From Caecitellus pseudoparvulus (Eukaryota; Protista; Bigyra: Bicosoecida), in contig CBFFRQ010000069.1 in NCBI GenBank assembly GCA_965644315.1, forward strand, positions 620,001-684,000: 64,000 nucleotides of DNA, given 5' to 3'. A model generated the notes under the pieces. It saw only the letters and a program-made list of their open reading frames with translations, searched no databases and was not told the origin of the DNA. The position numbers and the translations under genes are program-made. Position 1 is the stretch's first letter. Every line of letters starts with the position of its first letter. Below, in pieces: positions 47,643-57,812 of this stretch.

Positions 47643-49568
47643 ATGGCGAAGCACGCACTTGACTTGGCTGAAGACGTGCTGGTGGGGCCAGATGGCAGGC
47701 ACACGCTGGTGATTGTGGTGGGCTGCCCGAACAGAGAGCAGGCTGCTGACGAGCACTCCATCCTGAATTGCCCGCATGACGTCGTGCGGTGCGGCCTGCA
47801 CGTGTGGCATGCGGTGACAGCGGCCAGGGCCCAGGCCGCTGGGAGTGTTGGCGGGTTGAGGGTGGGTGGCGTTTCTGGCGAGCCCCTTGACAGCTATACT
47901 CTGCCGCAGCACCTGGACAGCATGGAGGACGCCATCATGAACGAGGCGAAAACGGGCACTTGGGGTGATGTTACTGACCTGGTCCTGTGTGCGGCGTGGC
48001 CTTGGCACACCATCCCACTCCCGCTGCAGCCTTCACCCGCCTCTGGCTCGCGCACCTGGGTGCCAAACGTTACTTCCTGGCAAGCTGCTTCCGCACAGGG
48101 CTGGTGCATGGCAGGCTTCCTGTACCGACTCACACTGCACATGCCCATGGTGCAGAGGCTATCCGTGGAGTTCTGCCGCGGGTTCCGCGGGGCGCCAGCT
48201 CTGCCGGGCGCTTGTCCGCCTGGCTTCGCGACCTGGCGAGAAGAAGTGGACCAGCACCTCTTCACAGCGCTGCCTTCTGCCGTGCCAGCGCACTGGCGAG
48301 ATCCTCTTAGGCCTGGTGCTGTGCGCTGGCTGGGCGACCAGGGTGACAGCGCTGGCGCGGGGTACGACGCGATGCGCGAGGCAGCGCCTGGGCGGCAAGC
48401 GGCAGGCCAGGCTGCCACGCTGCCACATGCAGTGGCAGCAGCAGCACACGGCTCAACTGGGAGCTGTCACCACGCCCAGCCAGCATGGCACACCAGCGCT
48501 ACCGTGGAGGAGGTGTCTGAGATGCCCGGCGCTTTCGCCGGCCCCCACGCCCCAGCCGAGCTGGCGTCAGCAGCGGAGGGCACGAACGGGCTCTGGCGCG
48601 AGCTTTGCCTGACAGGGTGGCTGCCGCCAGCTCCCCCGCTTGGCTCCCTGGGCCACCGTCTGCGCGAGGTGAACCTGTGGCACGTGCGCCTGACCAGCCG
48701 GGACGTGGCGAGCCTGCCACACATCGCCCCAAACCTGCACTGCGCGTCGCTGTACTACTGCCGCGGCTACTCACGGCTCAGCGTGGACTTCACAGGGCAG
48801 CACTTTGCCCCTGAGCTGCGCTTGAACATGTACCAGTCATCGCCTGGAGACCAGTTTGCCCGCTACATGAAGTACCGGACACCGTGCGGCCCGCCCACCG
48901 CTGTGCATGACGTGTGGTGGGGGCCCGGCCGACAGCGCCGTCTGAAGCCGCTGCGAAGGCGGTGGCACACTGGCTTGAGGCGGCGTGCCGTCCTGCTGCG
49001 CCACGCGGAGCGAGCAGGGGGCACACAAGCGGTGCCTGACGCCAGTGCGCCACCGCCCACCCTCCAGTGCGCCAAGCCGGTGGACGGGCTGGTGGTGGCG
49101 CTGGCAGTGCTGAGCAGTGCGTGGATTGCAGAGAGTCCTGATAGACAGGACTCGGGTGACGCCATTTGCATTAGCCCTTGGCGGCACTGCCTGACCCAGG
49201 AGTGCCCAGACATCGGCAGGGAGGAGGGCGACAGCATCCCCCCCCGGCTGGGGCGTGCCTTGGACACCCTACGCCGCGCCTGCGCCAATGTGGACATGCT
49301 GCACTGCCTGGCCTGGAGCCCGCCACCAGGTTTGCCTGACCGCAGCATCCAAGAGGCCCTCGTAGCCGTAGGGAGGCGCCTGCTGCGCCGCCCAGACACG
49401 TGGAACTGCCTGGCCTACCCGGCCATGACCCATGACCGGGACGAGATCAGCGGGTATGGCTGGCACATGTACGACGACGGGCAGAGGAAAGGAGACAACG
49501 TGCTGGCCCCACTGCAGGAGGTGCAGATCGAAATGCGCTGGTCGCAGTTCTGGGCAGACACCTCTTGA
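47643..49568 (+). CDS. Hypothetical protein with weak leucine-rich-repeat-like segments, ~641 aa
   Basis: Long uninterrupted ORF filling the gap between two well-supported genes. The first ATG (gccATGg) is at 47643. Segments MPMVQRLSVEFC, WRELCLTGW and LREVNLWHVRLTSRDVASLPHIAPNLHCASLYYC resemble FBXL-type LRRs. No firm family assignment. Confidence 0.6.
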   Translation: MAKHALDLAEDVLVGPDGRHTLVIVVGCPNREQAADEHSILNCPHDVVRCGLHVWHAVTAARAQAAGSVGGLRVGGVSGEPLDSYTLPQHLDSMEDAIMNEAKTGTWGDVTDLVLCAAWPWHTIPLPLQPSPASGSRTWVPNVTSWQAASAQGWCMAGFLYRLTLHMPMVQRLSVEFCRGFRGAPALPGACPPGFATWREEVDQHLFTALPSAVPAHWRDPLRPGAVRWLGDQGDSAGAGYDAMREAAPGRQAAGQAATLPHAVAAAAHGSTGSCHHAQPAWHTSATVEEVSEMPGAFAGPHAPAELASAAEGTNGLWRELCLTGWLPPAPPLGSLGHRLREVNLWHVRLTSRDVASLPHIAPNLHCASLYYCRGYSRLSVDFTGQHFAPELRLNMYQSSPGDQFARYMKYRTPCGPPTAVHDVWWGPGRQRRLKPLRRRWHTGLRRRAVLLRHAERAGGTQAVPDASAPPPTLQCAKPVDGLVVALAVLSSAWIAESPDRQDSGDAICISPWRHCLTQECPDIGREEGDSIPPRLGRALDTLRRACANVDMLHCLAWSPPPGLPDRSIQEALVAVGRRLLRRPDTWNCLAYPAMTHDRDEISGYGWHMYDDGQRKGDNVLAPLQEVQIEMRWSQFWADTS

Positions 49569-49596
49569 TGGCACACCGCGCAGGCGGCAGCCGCCC

Positions 49597-51606
49597 TCAG
49601 CTGAGCTGCTGCCGCCGCACCATGTCCGCGTACAGGCCATTGGCGGCCACGAGCTCCTCGTGCGTGCCCTGCTCCGCCACGGCGCCGTCCTTCAGGAACA
49701 GGATCTTGTCCGCACGCTTGACCGTGGCCAGGCGGTGCGCGATGATAATGCACGTCTTGCTGGCGGCGACGGCGGCAAGGGCCGCCTGCAGCGTCTCCTC
49801 CGTCGCCGCGTCCTGCGCCGAGGTGAACTCGTCCAGGCACAGCAGCACTGGCTCCCGCAGCAGGGCCCGGGCGATGGCGAGGCGCTGGCGCTGGCCGCCG
49901 GACAGAGCCACGCCGCGTTCCGCGATGCGCGTGTGGCGGCCCTGGGGCAGGGAGTCCACGAAGCCGCAGTCTGCGGCGGCGAGGGCGGCCTGCACGTCCG
50001 CGTGCGTCGCGCCGGGGTTGCCGTACCGCACGTTCTCCTCGATGGTCAGCTCGCCGAAGAGGGTGGGGGACTGCGGCACGACGGCAGTGCGTCCGCGCAG
50101 CCACTGCATGTCCACGTGGGACAGCTCCCGCCCATCCACCGTGATGCTGCCTGCGTCAGGCGCGTAGAAGCGCTGCAGCATGGACAGCACAGTGCTCTTG
50201 CCGGCGCCGGAGCTGCCGACGAGGGCCACCGTGGACCCTGCCGGCACGGTGAAGGACATGCCCTGCAGGACAGGCACAGCTGCCCGGGTGGGGTAGGTGA
50301 AGTGCACGTCGTGGAAGGTGAGGTCCCCCCGCAGGGGTTTCCAGGTCGCGCCTCCGGGGGCGTTCACGATGGGGCGGTCCTCCAGTGCCTCCGCGATGCG
50401 GTGGGCAGACCCCATGGCCTTGGCCACCCGCGTGCCCATGGCGGACAGGTGGCTGATGCTGCTCTGCAGGCGCACCGCTTGCATCATGTAGGCGCCCAGG
50501 TCGGAGGGGGACAGGGCCCCCGCCTGCACCAGGGACTGCCCCCCTGCCAGCAGGCCCCCCAGGATGCCGTACACGCCTAGCCCGACGCTGCCCTGGAACA
50601 GCCCTGCCGCCCGGGACAGCCACAGGCTCTTCTCCGCGGCGTCCTGCACCTTGGCAGCATACCGATCGAACTCCTCCCCCTCTGCCGTGCAGGCACGCAC
50701 CGTGCGGATGTTGCCCAGCGCCTCCGCCGCCTGCGCATCGGCGGCGGCGTGGGCGGCATGGACGTCCCGGGAGAGGACACGCAGGTGGGAGCCCAGGACG
50801 TTGGCCAGGGCGACGGCGGGCAGCAGGATGCCGCCCAGCCCCACCGTCAGCTGCGGCGACAGCCAGAACAGCGACGCGAGGCCACCGGCCGCCTGGGCTG
50901 CTGCCACAATGCCCGAGTCCACCACACGGCGCAGGGTGGATTTGAGCTCCCGCACCTCGCCGGCCACGCGGGCGATGGTCTCGGCAGAGGAGGAGGCGCC
51001 GTCGAAGGCGGCCATGTCCCGGGCCAGCAGCGCGGCGAAGACGGCCTGGCGCCAGGACGCCTGCACGTCCTCCAGGCTGGCTGACAGGCACCAGGTGGAG
51101 GCGATGCGGGCGAGGAAGCCGCCCAGCACCACCGCGCCCAGCTTCAGCAGCAGCGTCCAGCCCTGGCCAGAGGCGCCCATGCTGCCCAGCAGCTTCCCCG
51201 CCAGGACAGGGATGGCCACGCCGGTCAAGGCGGCTGCGGCAGCCAGGCCTGCGGCGGCGACGAGCAGGAGCGCGTCGCGCCAGGAAATGTACTTGGCCAG
51301 CGTCCGCAGGGTAGCCCACCAGGACCGGGACACTTCGACTTCTGGGTCAGATGTGGCTTGGGTCGCTTCCGCTGCTTCTGGCGCCGCCTTGGCGGCGGGC
51401 TTGGGAGTCGAGTCCACGGCGGCTGGAACTGCGGAAATCGCAGCAGCACCAGCCAGGCGGGGCAACAGAGCGGCCTGCCGCAACCTCCGGAGCAGTGCCA
51501 AGGGGCTGCTGCGTAGTGCGTGCTGTGATGTGCCCATTCCCGCGGCAAGGACAGGCAGTTCCCTCACGAGGCCTCGCCAGGCGACGGCACAGTGTGGCGC
51601 AGCCAT
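49597..51606 (-). CDS. ABC transporter B-family half transporter, probably mitochondrial (ABCB8/ABCB10/Mdl1-like), ~669 aa
   Basis: Arg/Ala/Leu-rich presequence, then a TMD (EALGNIRTVRA). NBD motifs: FTYPTR, Walker A GSSGAGKST, Q-loop VPQSP, signature LSGGQRQRLAIARA, Walker B LCLDE, H-loop IIAHRL. ATG 51606 is preferred over 51732, which would read through a C15 tract only 9 nt from the upstream stop codon. Confidence 0.92.
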   Translation of the reverse strand: MAAPHCAVAWRGLVRELPVLAAGMGTSQHALRSSPLALLRRLRQAALLPRLAGAAAISAVPAAVDSTPKPAAKAAPEAAEATQATSDPEVEVSRSWWATLRTLAKYISWRDALLLVAAAGLAAAAALTGVAIPVLAGKLLGSMGASGQGWTLLLKLGAVVLGGFLARIASTWCLSASLEDVQASWRQAVFAALLARDMAAFDGASSSAETIARVAGEVRELKSTLRRVVDSGIVAAAQAAGGLASLFWLSPQLTVGLGGILLPAVALANVLGSHLRVLSRDVHAAHAAADAQAAEALGNIRTVRACTAEGEEFDRYAAKVQDAAEKSLWLSRAAGLFQGSVGLGVYGILGGLLAGGQSLVQAGALSPSDLGAYMMQAVRLQSSISHLSAMGTRVAKAMGSAHRIAEALEDRPIVNAPGGATWKPLRGDLTFHDVHFTYPTRAAVPVLQGMSFTVPAGSTVALVGSSGAGKSTVLSMLQRFYAPDAGSITVDGRELSHVDMQWLRGRTAVVPQSPTLFGELTIEENVRYGNPGATHADVQAALAAADCGFVDSLPQGRHTRIAERGVALSGGQRQRLAIARALLREPVLLCLDEFTSAQDAATEETLQAALAAVAASKTCIIIAHRLATVKRADKILFLKDGAVAEQGTHEELVAANGLYADMVRRQQLS

Positions 51607-51670
51607 GGCGCTGGCTCCACTGTCTGTCTGCGGTACGCTGAGCGAACAGCATGCATTACAATGGCACAGA

Positions 51671-51685
51671 GGGGGGGGGGGGGGG
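51671..51685. repeat. G15 homopolymer in the 134-nt spacer between the Wee1-like stop and the ABCB start
   Basis: Seen directly. Confidence 0.85.
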
Positions 51686-51740
51686 CGCCGAGCAGCTTGG
51701 TTCACACCATGCTGCAGGGTGCCTGTGTACATCCCCGTTT

Positions 51741-54700
51741 CTAATTTGCCCAGTGGTACTTCCCCAGCGTGCCCTGCGCCAGGGGCGTGGCGTAGCCGTC
51801 CACCTCCGGACTGGGCGTGTGCAGGGCTGCCGCGGCAGCAGCCGAGGACGGCGTGGGGATGCGCAGCGCGCTGACGGTGAAGCCCCCCGCTGCCAACTGC
51901 GCCGCCACGTTGGAGTTCAGGCTGTCCAGGGAGCTGCGGGAGCCTGCCCGTGAGGTGGTGGAGGTGGGCCCCCCATCCCCCCCACTCCCTGAGGCAGAGG
52001 CGGCGGTCGAGGCAGGCCCTGGCTGCGCATGGGCGGTGTCGATGTGGAGGCCCCTGTCCCCAGCGCCGTCGTGGGCCAACGACACGTCATCCTCGGACGT
52101 GTCCAGAGGCGGGGCCTGTTCCTGGAACAGACTCGCCGCCACTCGGGCGGTCGGCGGGTGCGACGTGTACATGTGGGCGCTGCCTCGCTTACGCCCGGTG
52201 GAGGGCGGCGGCGAGGGGGGTGCAGGGGGGGCCTGCGTCGTCACCGGCACCGACTGGCGTGGGGGCATGACCCCCCTGTTCACCGCCACGAACTTGTCCT
52301 CCGCCGCCGCCGTCAGCTCCATGAGGGCCATGCGCTTGGCGGCGCTCTCCACCATACCGTCGCCGTCCGCGCTGTCGTCGAGGGGCGGCGTCAGGCAGCC
52401 AGACGTGCGGGCGCGCGTCTTGCGGCTGGCGCCCGGCGCCCGCGTGAAGGGCGTCACGCCCGGCCCCAGCAGCTCTGTGGGGGAGGAGCCGTCCCCCGCC
52501 GCGATGGGCGACGGCGCTGCCAGGGGCGGCGTCGTGTCACAGCTGCCCCACGAGTGGTCGGCGCTGGGGCGGCCAGGGCTGGCACTGGCGCTGACACTGC
52601 GGGCGCGGGACAGGGTGGAGCCACAGGCACTGCTGCGGCGCCGGGCGGGGGTGAAGCCCTCCTCCCGCTCCTCCTCCACGATGCCTGACAGGCGCCGGGC
52701 GGGGGTGGGGGCACCCCCCCACCCCCGCCCCGCGCGCCCCGTGCTTGGGGTGGGTGGGGCCAAGCACCCGCCACCCGGCGTCACAGCCGTGAACCGCAGC
52801 GGCCCAGCCACCGCCGCCATGGGCGTGTCAGCGGTGGCGGAGATGCTGATGGGCCCACCCCCCCTGGGCGCACCAGGCTCCACCGGCTGGCTGGGGCGGT
52901 GGCGAGCCGGCGTGGGCGGCACGGGGCCCGCCGCCGGCTGCACTGCACGTTGGATGGTGGGGGTGGGCACGCCCGTGCCCTGGCGCGTGGAGGTGCCGTG
53001 CAAGGGGAAGGGGAGGGGGGTGGGCGGGACGACCTCTCCCCCCCTTGTCCGGAGGTATCCCCGCGCGCGAGGGGGGGGGCGGGCCGGGGCCCCCCCCGCA
53101 TCGCACTCGGCAGCCCCCCCCACACCCCCCATGGGCACCTTGAAGGGTGTGGTAGTCAGGGAAGCAGACACACCCGACACTGGCACTGGCACTGGCTCCG
53201 CTGCCGCTGGCGGCGGTGGTTGCGCACTCTGTGCCAGCTCTTGATTAATGCGCAGCGCTTCGGCCCCCGTGAGGGAGGCGGAGCGCCCCAGCTGGGCGCG
53301 GTCGCACGGCTCACCGTCCTCCGACGTGTCCCCTGGCGCCTTCACCGCGTCGAACACGGCCAGGAAGGGGTCATCTGTCGTGCAGTCTGCCACGGCGGCC
53401 TGGGGCATGCTGGCCACAGCTGCCGCCGACGGGCGCTGCTGGGGGTCGGGGGACAGCAGTGACGTCACGAGCTGCACCAGGGCAGGGGACCTCCCCGCTG
53501 CTGGGGGTGGCGGCGGCACCTGACCCCGGCGCAGGGCGTGCCAGGTGGGCCCAGACCGGGGCAGGGTCATGCCCCACCCCAGCTGCAGCAGGGACATGCC
53601 CAGGGAGAAGAGGTCCGCGGGGGGCTGGTGTCCCCCGCGCTGCAGCAGCTCGGGGGCCATGTACTGCACGTCCCCCTCCTCGTCGTCACTGTCCACGAAG
53701 CCGGTCCCGCCCGCCGCAGCGGCGTCGTCAGGGGCTTGCCTGGGGGGTGACTCCACACCTGTCGCGCCGAGGGCGGCGGCGGAGAGGTCGGTGGGGGGCG
53801 TGGCGCCACTGTCGCCCCCGTCAAAGCCCAGTCGGCGAGAGGCAGCCGACCCGCCCTGCCGAGGCGCCGGCGCGGCCTGTGACGGCACAGCACAGGGCGC
53901 GGCCTGCCTGGCCGCCTGTCTCGTGAAGGGGCTCGCCAGCCCGAAGTCGCCCAGCTTCACCTGCCCGCGCCGCGTCACGAGGGCGTTGGCGGGCTTCACG
54001 TCCAGGTACAAGTACCCTGCCTCGTGCATGTGCTGCAGGGCGCGGGCGACGCCCCCTGCAAAGCGCCACAGCAGGGATTCCGGCAGGTACCCTGCCCGCA
54101 CGGTGGCGGCGAAGGAGCCCCACCGTGCCAGGCGCCGCCTTGTCTGGCCTGAGTGCGGGTTGCTTGCCAAGGCGTGCCGCTGCTCCGCGAGCTTCTCCAC
54201 CAGGCGCTGCATGCTGCCACGATCAACCAGCTCCAACTGCATCCACAGGTAGCCGTTCTCCTGCCACGCGCGGTGGTACCGCACGATGTGTGGGTGTTGA
54301 CCGACTGCTGATGCAGCGTGAAACTCCTTCAGCAGGACAGCCCGCTCACCACGGGAGCGCAGGACTTCCCGGCTACGCTTGATGGCATAGAAAGTCTGAT
54401 CGTCCTTGCTCTTTGCCTGCAGGGGGAGGGGCAGCGACGGCTGAGTGAGCGGGGAGCAGGCACGGGAATTGCGCGTTGTGAGGCAGTTTCACGGCGAACG
54501 TTAGCGCAGGCGCCGGCTTCGAAGCGGCACGCAGGCTCCAGGAAGGCACAGCGCAGGGAGGGCACCAGCAGCACGCACTTGAAAGGCAATTGAAAAGCTG
54601 CCTTGCCCGATGATGCTCCAGTGATCGAAGCGGTCGTGGAAGCACGCTTCCTCGCCTGGCGGGGATTCGCCGCCAGTTTCAACGCCAGAAACGCTGTCCA

Positions 54701-55217
54701 CGGCAGACACGAGAACCTTGCTGTCCTTGAGGCTGTTCTGGCGCACGAGCCGCCCAGCAGGGGCTACAGCGGGGGTCCGGGTTGGCGTGGGAGGGCAAGG
54801 CAGAGTGTCAGCCACGGAGTCGTCCAAGCACTGGTCGTCGTCGTCATCTTGGAAGGCACTCAAGTCAGGTGCTGGGAGCTTGCTTGCCGCCAGGTCCCCG
54901 ACAGACAGCCGGTCCGCAGAGTGGTCCACATCCACACCCTCAAAGTCGTCCGAAATGAAGCCATAGTTAAACCCTGGGGAGGCAGGTGCGCTGCCCGTGC
55001 AGCCGTCCAGCGTCGCCAGGAAATCTGAGTGGTCCTTGCTGCCGTAGCCCTCCTCAGAGCCAGCAGTGGCAGTGGAGGCAGTGGCACCACTGGCCTTGAA
55101 CAAGGATCGTGATACACTGGACGCTCCAGGTGTCCCCATGCGCCGGTGGGGCTTCACAGCCGAGGGGGGCGGCTGTTGCCACCCCCTAACGGCCGTTGCG
55201 GAATTTGTCACCTCCAT
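51741..55217 (-). CDS. WEE1: Wee1/Myt1-family CDK-inhibitory protein kinase, ~1104 aa
   Basis: Exons 55217-54579 and 54416-51741, with intron 54578-54417 (GTGCGT..CTGCAG, phase 0). Spliced kinase motifs: IGQGSFSIAF, YAIKRS, HPHIVRYHRAWQE, YLDVKPAN, KLGDFG, EEGDVQYMAPELL (the EGD motif is Wee-family diagnostic), ADLFSLG, LPRSGPTWHALRRG. N-terminal CPPTP..RQNSL and a TP/SP-rich disordered C-terminal tail. Confidence 0.88.
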
Positions 55218-55240
55218 CCCGCGGCAAGCCACGCGCAGCA

Positions 55241-55270
55241 CACGGCAGTGCACGGCAGTGCACGGCAGCA
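55241..55270. repeat. Three tandem copies of a 10-nt unit (CACGGCAGTG, last copy CACGGCAGCA) just upstream of the Wee1-like ATG
   Basis: cacggcagtg cacggcagtg cacggcagca seen directly. Confidence 0.8.
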
Positions 55271-55404
55271 GGAGCCTCAGATGGAGTTCCGTAAGCTATG
55301 CCAACTGGGTGCAAGTGTGCACGACAGGGGGAGGTGAATTTTGAGCCGCCTCCACGCACTGCACACACTTCACTGGACGCCTGGCTCGCTCTGCGCTGAC
55401 ACAG

Positions 55405-57348
55405 CTACACGGCAGCAGCGGCGGCCTGCGCGGCACTGCTGCGCTGGCGACTGGCACTTGAGCTCAATGCCGCATGGTCCCCTTCCTCCCCACTGGCTGC
55501 CTGGTCTGGCATGGTGGCGGTGTTGGCTGGCTCCGTGGCCTGAGCGCCGGCACGCGCGCCGTGCTCAGGCCCCTTGCGCGAGGCCGGCTTGGACAGGTGC
55601 ACCACCTGCCCTGCCACGCCACGCGGGAGGAAGCAGGGGTGGCACGCCAGTCCCCCCACATCCGCCTGTCGCAGCGCCTCCACCAGCGGCACGGGGTCCA
55701 CCCCCCCCTCCTCCAGCCAGCTCCTCCACTCGGCTGAGCAGGTGTTCATGTGCGACATCATGTCCCCTGCAGACATGGCCAGCAGGCGGGGCTTGATGGC
55801 AGCAGCCAGGGCAGCGATGGTGCCCATGGGCACTGGCGCCTGCCACGCCACACCCCTGGAAGCCCCCTTGTCGGCACACCACATGAACCGACACACCCGC
55901 ACCACTGCTCCCCGTGCAGCTGGGGTGCAAATCCCCGGATCACAGACCCCCCCAGGGGAGGGGCGGGAGGGCGGAGGCGGTGGCAGCTCAGAGTCGGACC
56001 CCGGCGTCGCGCTGGGCGTGGCTGCCGCCGAGGTGGGGTCCGGCGGCGGCATGCCAGGCAACTGCACCGCGCCAGGCCCCGTGGGTGGCGCCAAGCCCAG
56101 CGCCGCCGCGAGGGCCGTGCTGCGCTCCAACTTGGAGTACTTGCGGTAGGCGTGCCCCACCACCTCGTCGTCGGAGAAGGTGGGGGAGTCCCCTGATCCG
56201 CCCAGCAGGGGGGAGTCCTCCTCCACATCCACACCCTCCTCCTCCCCTCCCCCAGGCGCCACCGCATCCCCGCCGGCACCGGCGCCTGCCCCCTCTGCCT
56301 GCGCTGCAGCCGCTGCCGCGGCAGCCTTGAGCTTGTCCTTGGTGGTGAGCCCCTCTGCCAGCAGTTGCCAGTGGTATCCAGCCAGCGCCCCCAGAGCAAT
56401 GCCCAGCGGAATGAACAGTGGCAAGCCGACCAGGTAAGGGAACATGGCGTACCCTGCAGGACTCCACTCGCAGACCGCGGCGGAGAGGGAGCCGGCAGCC
56501 ACGGCGCTGAGCAGGCCGTTCACTGCGGTGCGGGCGGGTCCGAAGAACACGGAACGCAAGCCGACGCCAAGTGGGATGCAGGCAAGGGCGATGCCGAACC
56601 ACTTCATCACACGCGGCTCGACAAGGCTGCCGTACTGCCCGCCGGCCTCGCTGGCGCTGAGGAGGGCGAAGGCCACCACGGCGGTGGACGCCACGGCCGC
56701 CGCGATGGATGCGGCACTGCCCAGCGTGATGAGCCACACGAACAGACGGCGGTTGCCGCCGCCGATGACCTGCCCCAGCACGCCGCAGAAGTGGTCAAAG
56801 CCTTCGATGCAGCAGCACGTCGCGCTGCTGTGGCTCACGCCGGGGCCCTTGAACATCATGCACGTGGGGCAGTAGCGCAGGGTGAGCTGGCGCTCCCCCC
56901 ACTGCGCGCTGCTCTCGGGGTTCAGCTTCAGCGTCACGGACTGGGGCATGATGGCATGCAGCGCCTCCTGCAGGTCCCTGTCTCCAGACAGCGCCAGCGC
57001 GTGGCGCGGAGCTGTGCCGGGGTCCGACACCCAAATGGTGATGCCGACCAGCACTGCGGAAATCGACCCTGCCACCGCGATGCCGATGAGCGCCCCCAAC
57101 CACGCAGGCGTCTCGTGGCTGAAGACCCAGGACAGCAGAGCAGCGCAACCGCCCGGCATGACCAGAAAAAACAGCGCTCCGCCCGTCACCCACGCCAGCA
57201 ACTCAGCCTCGGCCGGGCCTCGCACGCCTCGCCCACCACACCAAAACCGCAAACCTTTCGCGCGGGGCACATGCTCCGGAGTGTCGCTGTGAGCCAGGTG
57301 CCACACCTTCCACAGTGCCGGAAACTGGTCCCCCAACTCCCCTGCCAT
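55405..57348 (-). CDS. DHHC-family S-palmitoyltransferase (DHFC variant), ~647 aa
   Basis: Erf2-like N-terminus (LRFWCGGR), two TMs, SDPG motif, Cys-rich domain YCPTCMMFKGPGVSHSSATCCCIEGFDHFCGVLGQVIGGGNRRLF, further TMs, and YHWQLLAEGLTTKD (TTxE-like motif). First plausible ATG is 57348. Confidence 0.88.
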   Translation of the reverse strand: MAGELGDQFPALWKVWHLAHSDTPEHVPRAKGLRFWCGGRGVRGPAEAELLAWVTGGALFFLVMPGGCAALLSWVFSHETPAWLGALIGIAVAGSISAVLVGITIWVSDPGTAPRHALALSGDRDLQEALHAIMPQSVTLKLNPESSAQWGERQLTLRYCPTCMMFKGPGVSHSSATCCCIEGFDHFCGVLGQVIGGGNRRLFVWLITLGSAASIAAAVASTAVVAFALLSASEAGGQYGSLVEPRVMKWFGIALACIPLGVGLRSVFFGPARTAVNGLLSAVAAGSLSAAVCEWSPAGYAMFPYLVGLPLFIPLGIALGALAGYHWQLLAEGLTTKDKLKAAAAAAAAQAEGAGAGAGGDAVAPGGGEEEGVDVEEDSPLLGGSGDSPTFSDDEVVGHAYRKYSKLERSTALAAALGLAPPTGPGAVQLPGMPPPDPTSAAATPSATPGSDSELPPPPPSRPSPGGVCDPGICTPAARGAVVRVCRFMWCADKGASRGVAWQAPVPMGTIAALAAAIKPRLLAMSAGDMMSHMNTCSAEWRSWLEEGGVDPVPLVEALRQADVGGLACHPCFLPRGVAGQVVHLSKPASRKGPEHGARAGAQATEPANTATMPDQAASGEEGDHAALSSSASRQRSSAAQAAAAAV

Positions 57349-57812
57349 GCTTGCTGTCGCTGCGTGATCCCTGCGCTTGGACAACTGCAAGCTCCGCGCT
57401 CGCTGCGGATGTCGCGGAAGTTGACGTGCTCGAGCGCCCTGCCGGAAGCAGGTCACTGCGTAAGCACGCGAGTTGAATGCATGCGGAGGGCAGCAGCCAT
57501 GCGTGCGGGTTGGGTTGTGCACGCTGCGAGATAGTGTTGCGTCAACAAATGCAAAGTGCATGGAGGTTAGCCCGCAAAAGAAGCCGCGCATCCTCTGGCG
57601 CTTGGAGAGAAGGAGCAAGCTGGCGAGCTGATCACCTTAGTTTGCTTCAACTTGAGCTACACCTGCTTGCCTTCCCACTTCTCGCCCCGGGCCGGGACCC
57701 AGGTCATGCCCACAGCGACTGCATTCACGCACGGAGATAGGAGCGGGCAGCACTCCGACGCCACAAGCGGTCAGGCTTGCAGCAAAACGCAGGGGGAGAA
57801 CAAGTCAACGCA

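Noticed and set aside
51607-51732. N-terminal extension of the ABCB ORF (MYTGTL...PPPPP)
   Set aside because: It starts 9 nt from the Wee1-like stop and reads through a homopolymer. ATG 51606 gives a more plausible mitochondrial presequence.
57349-57618. N-terminal extension of the DHHC ORF
   Set aside because: It has a non-ATG start and non-coding-like composition. Family similarity begins after ATG 57348.
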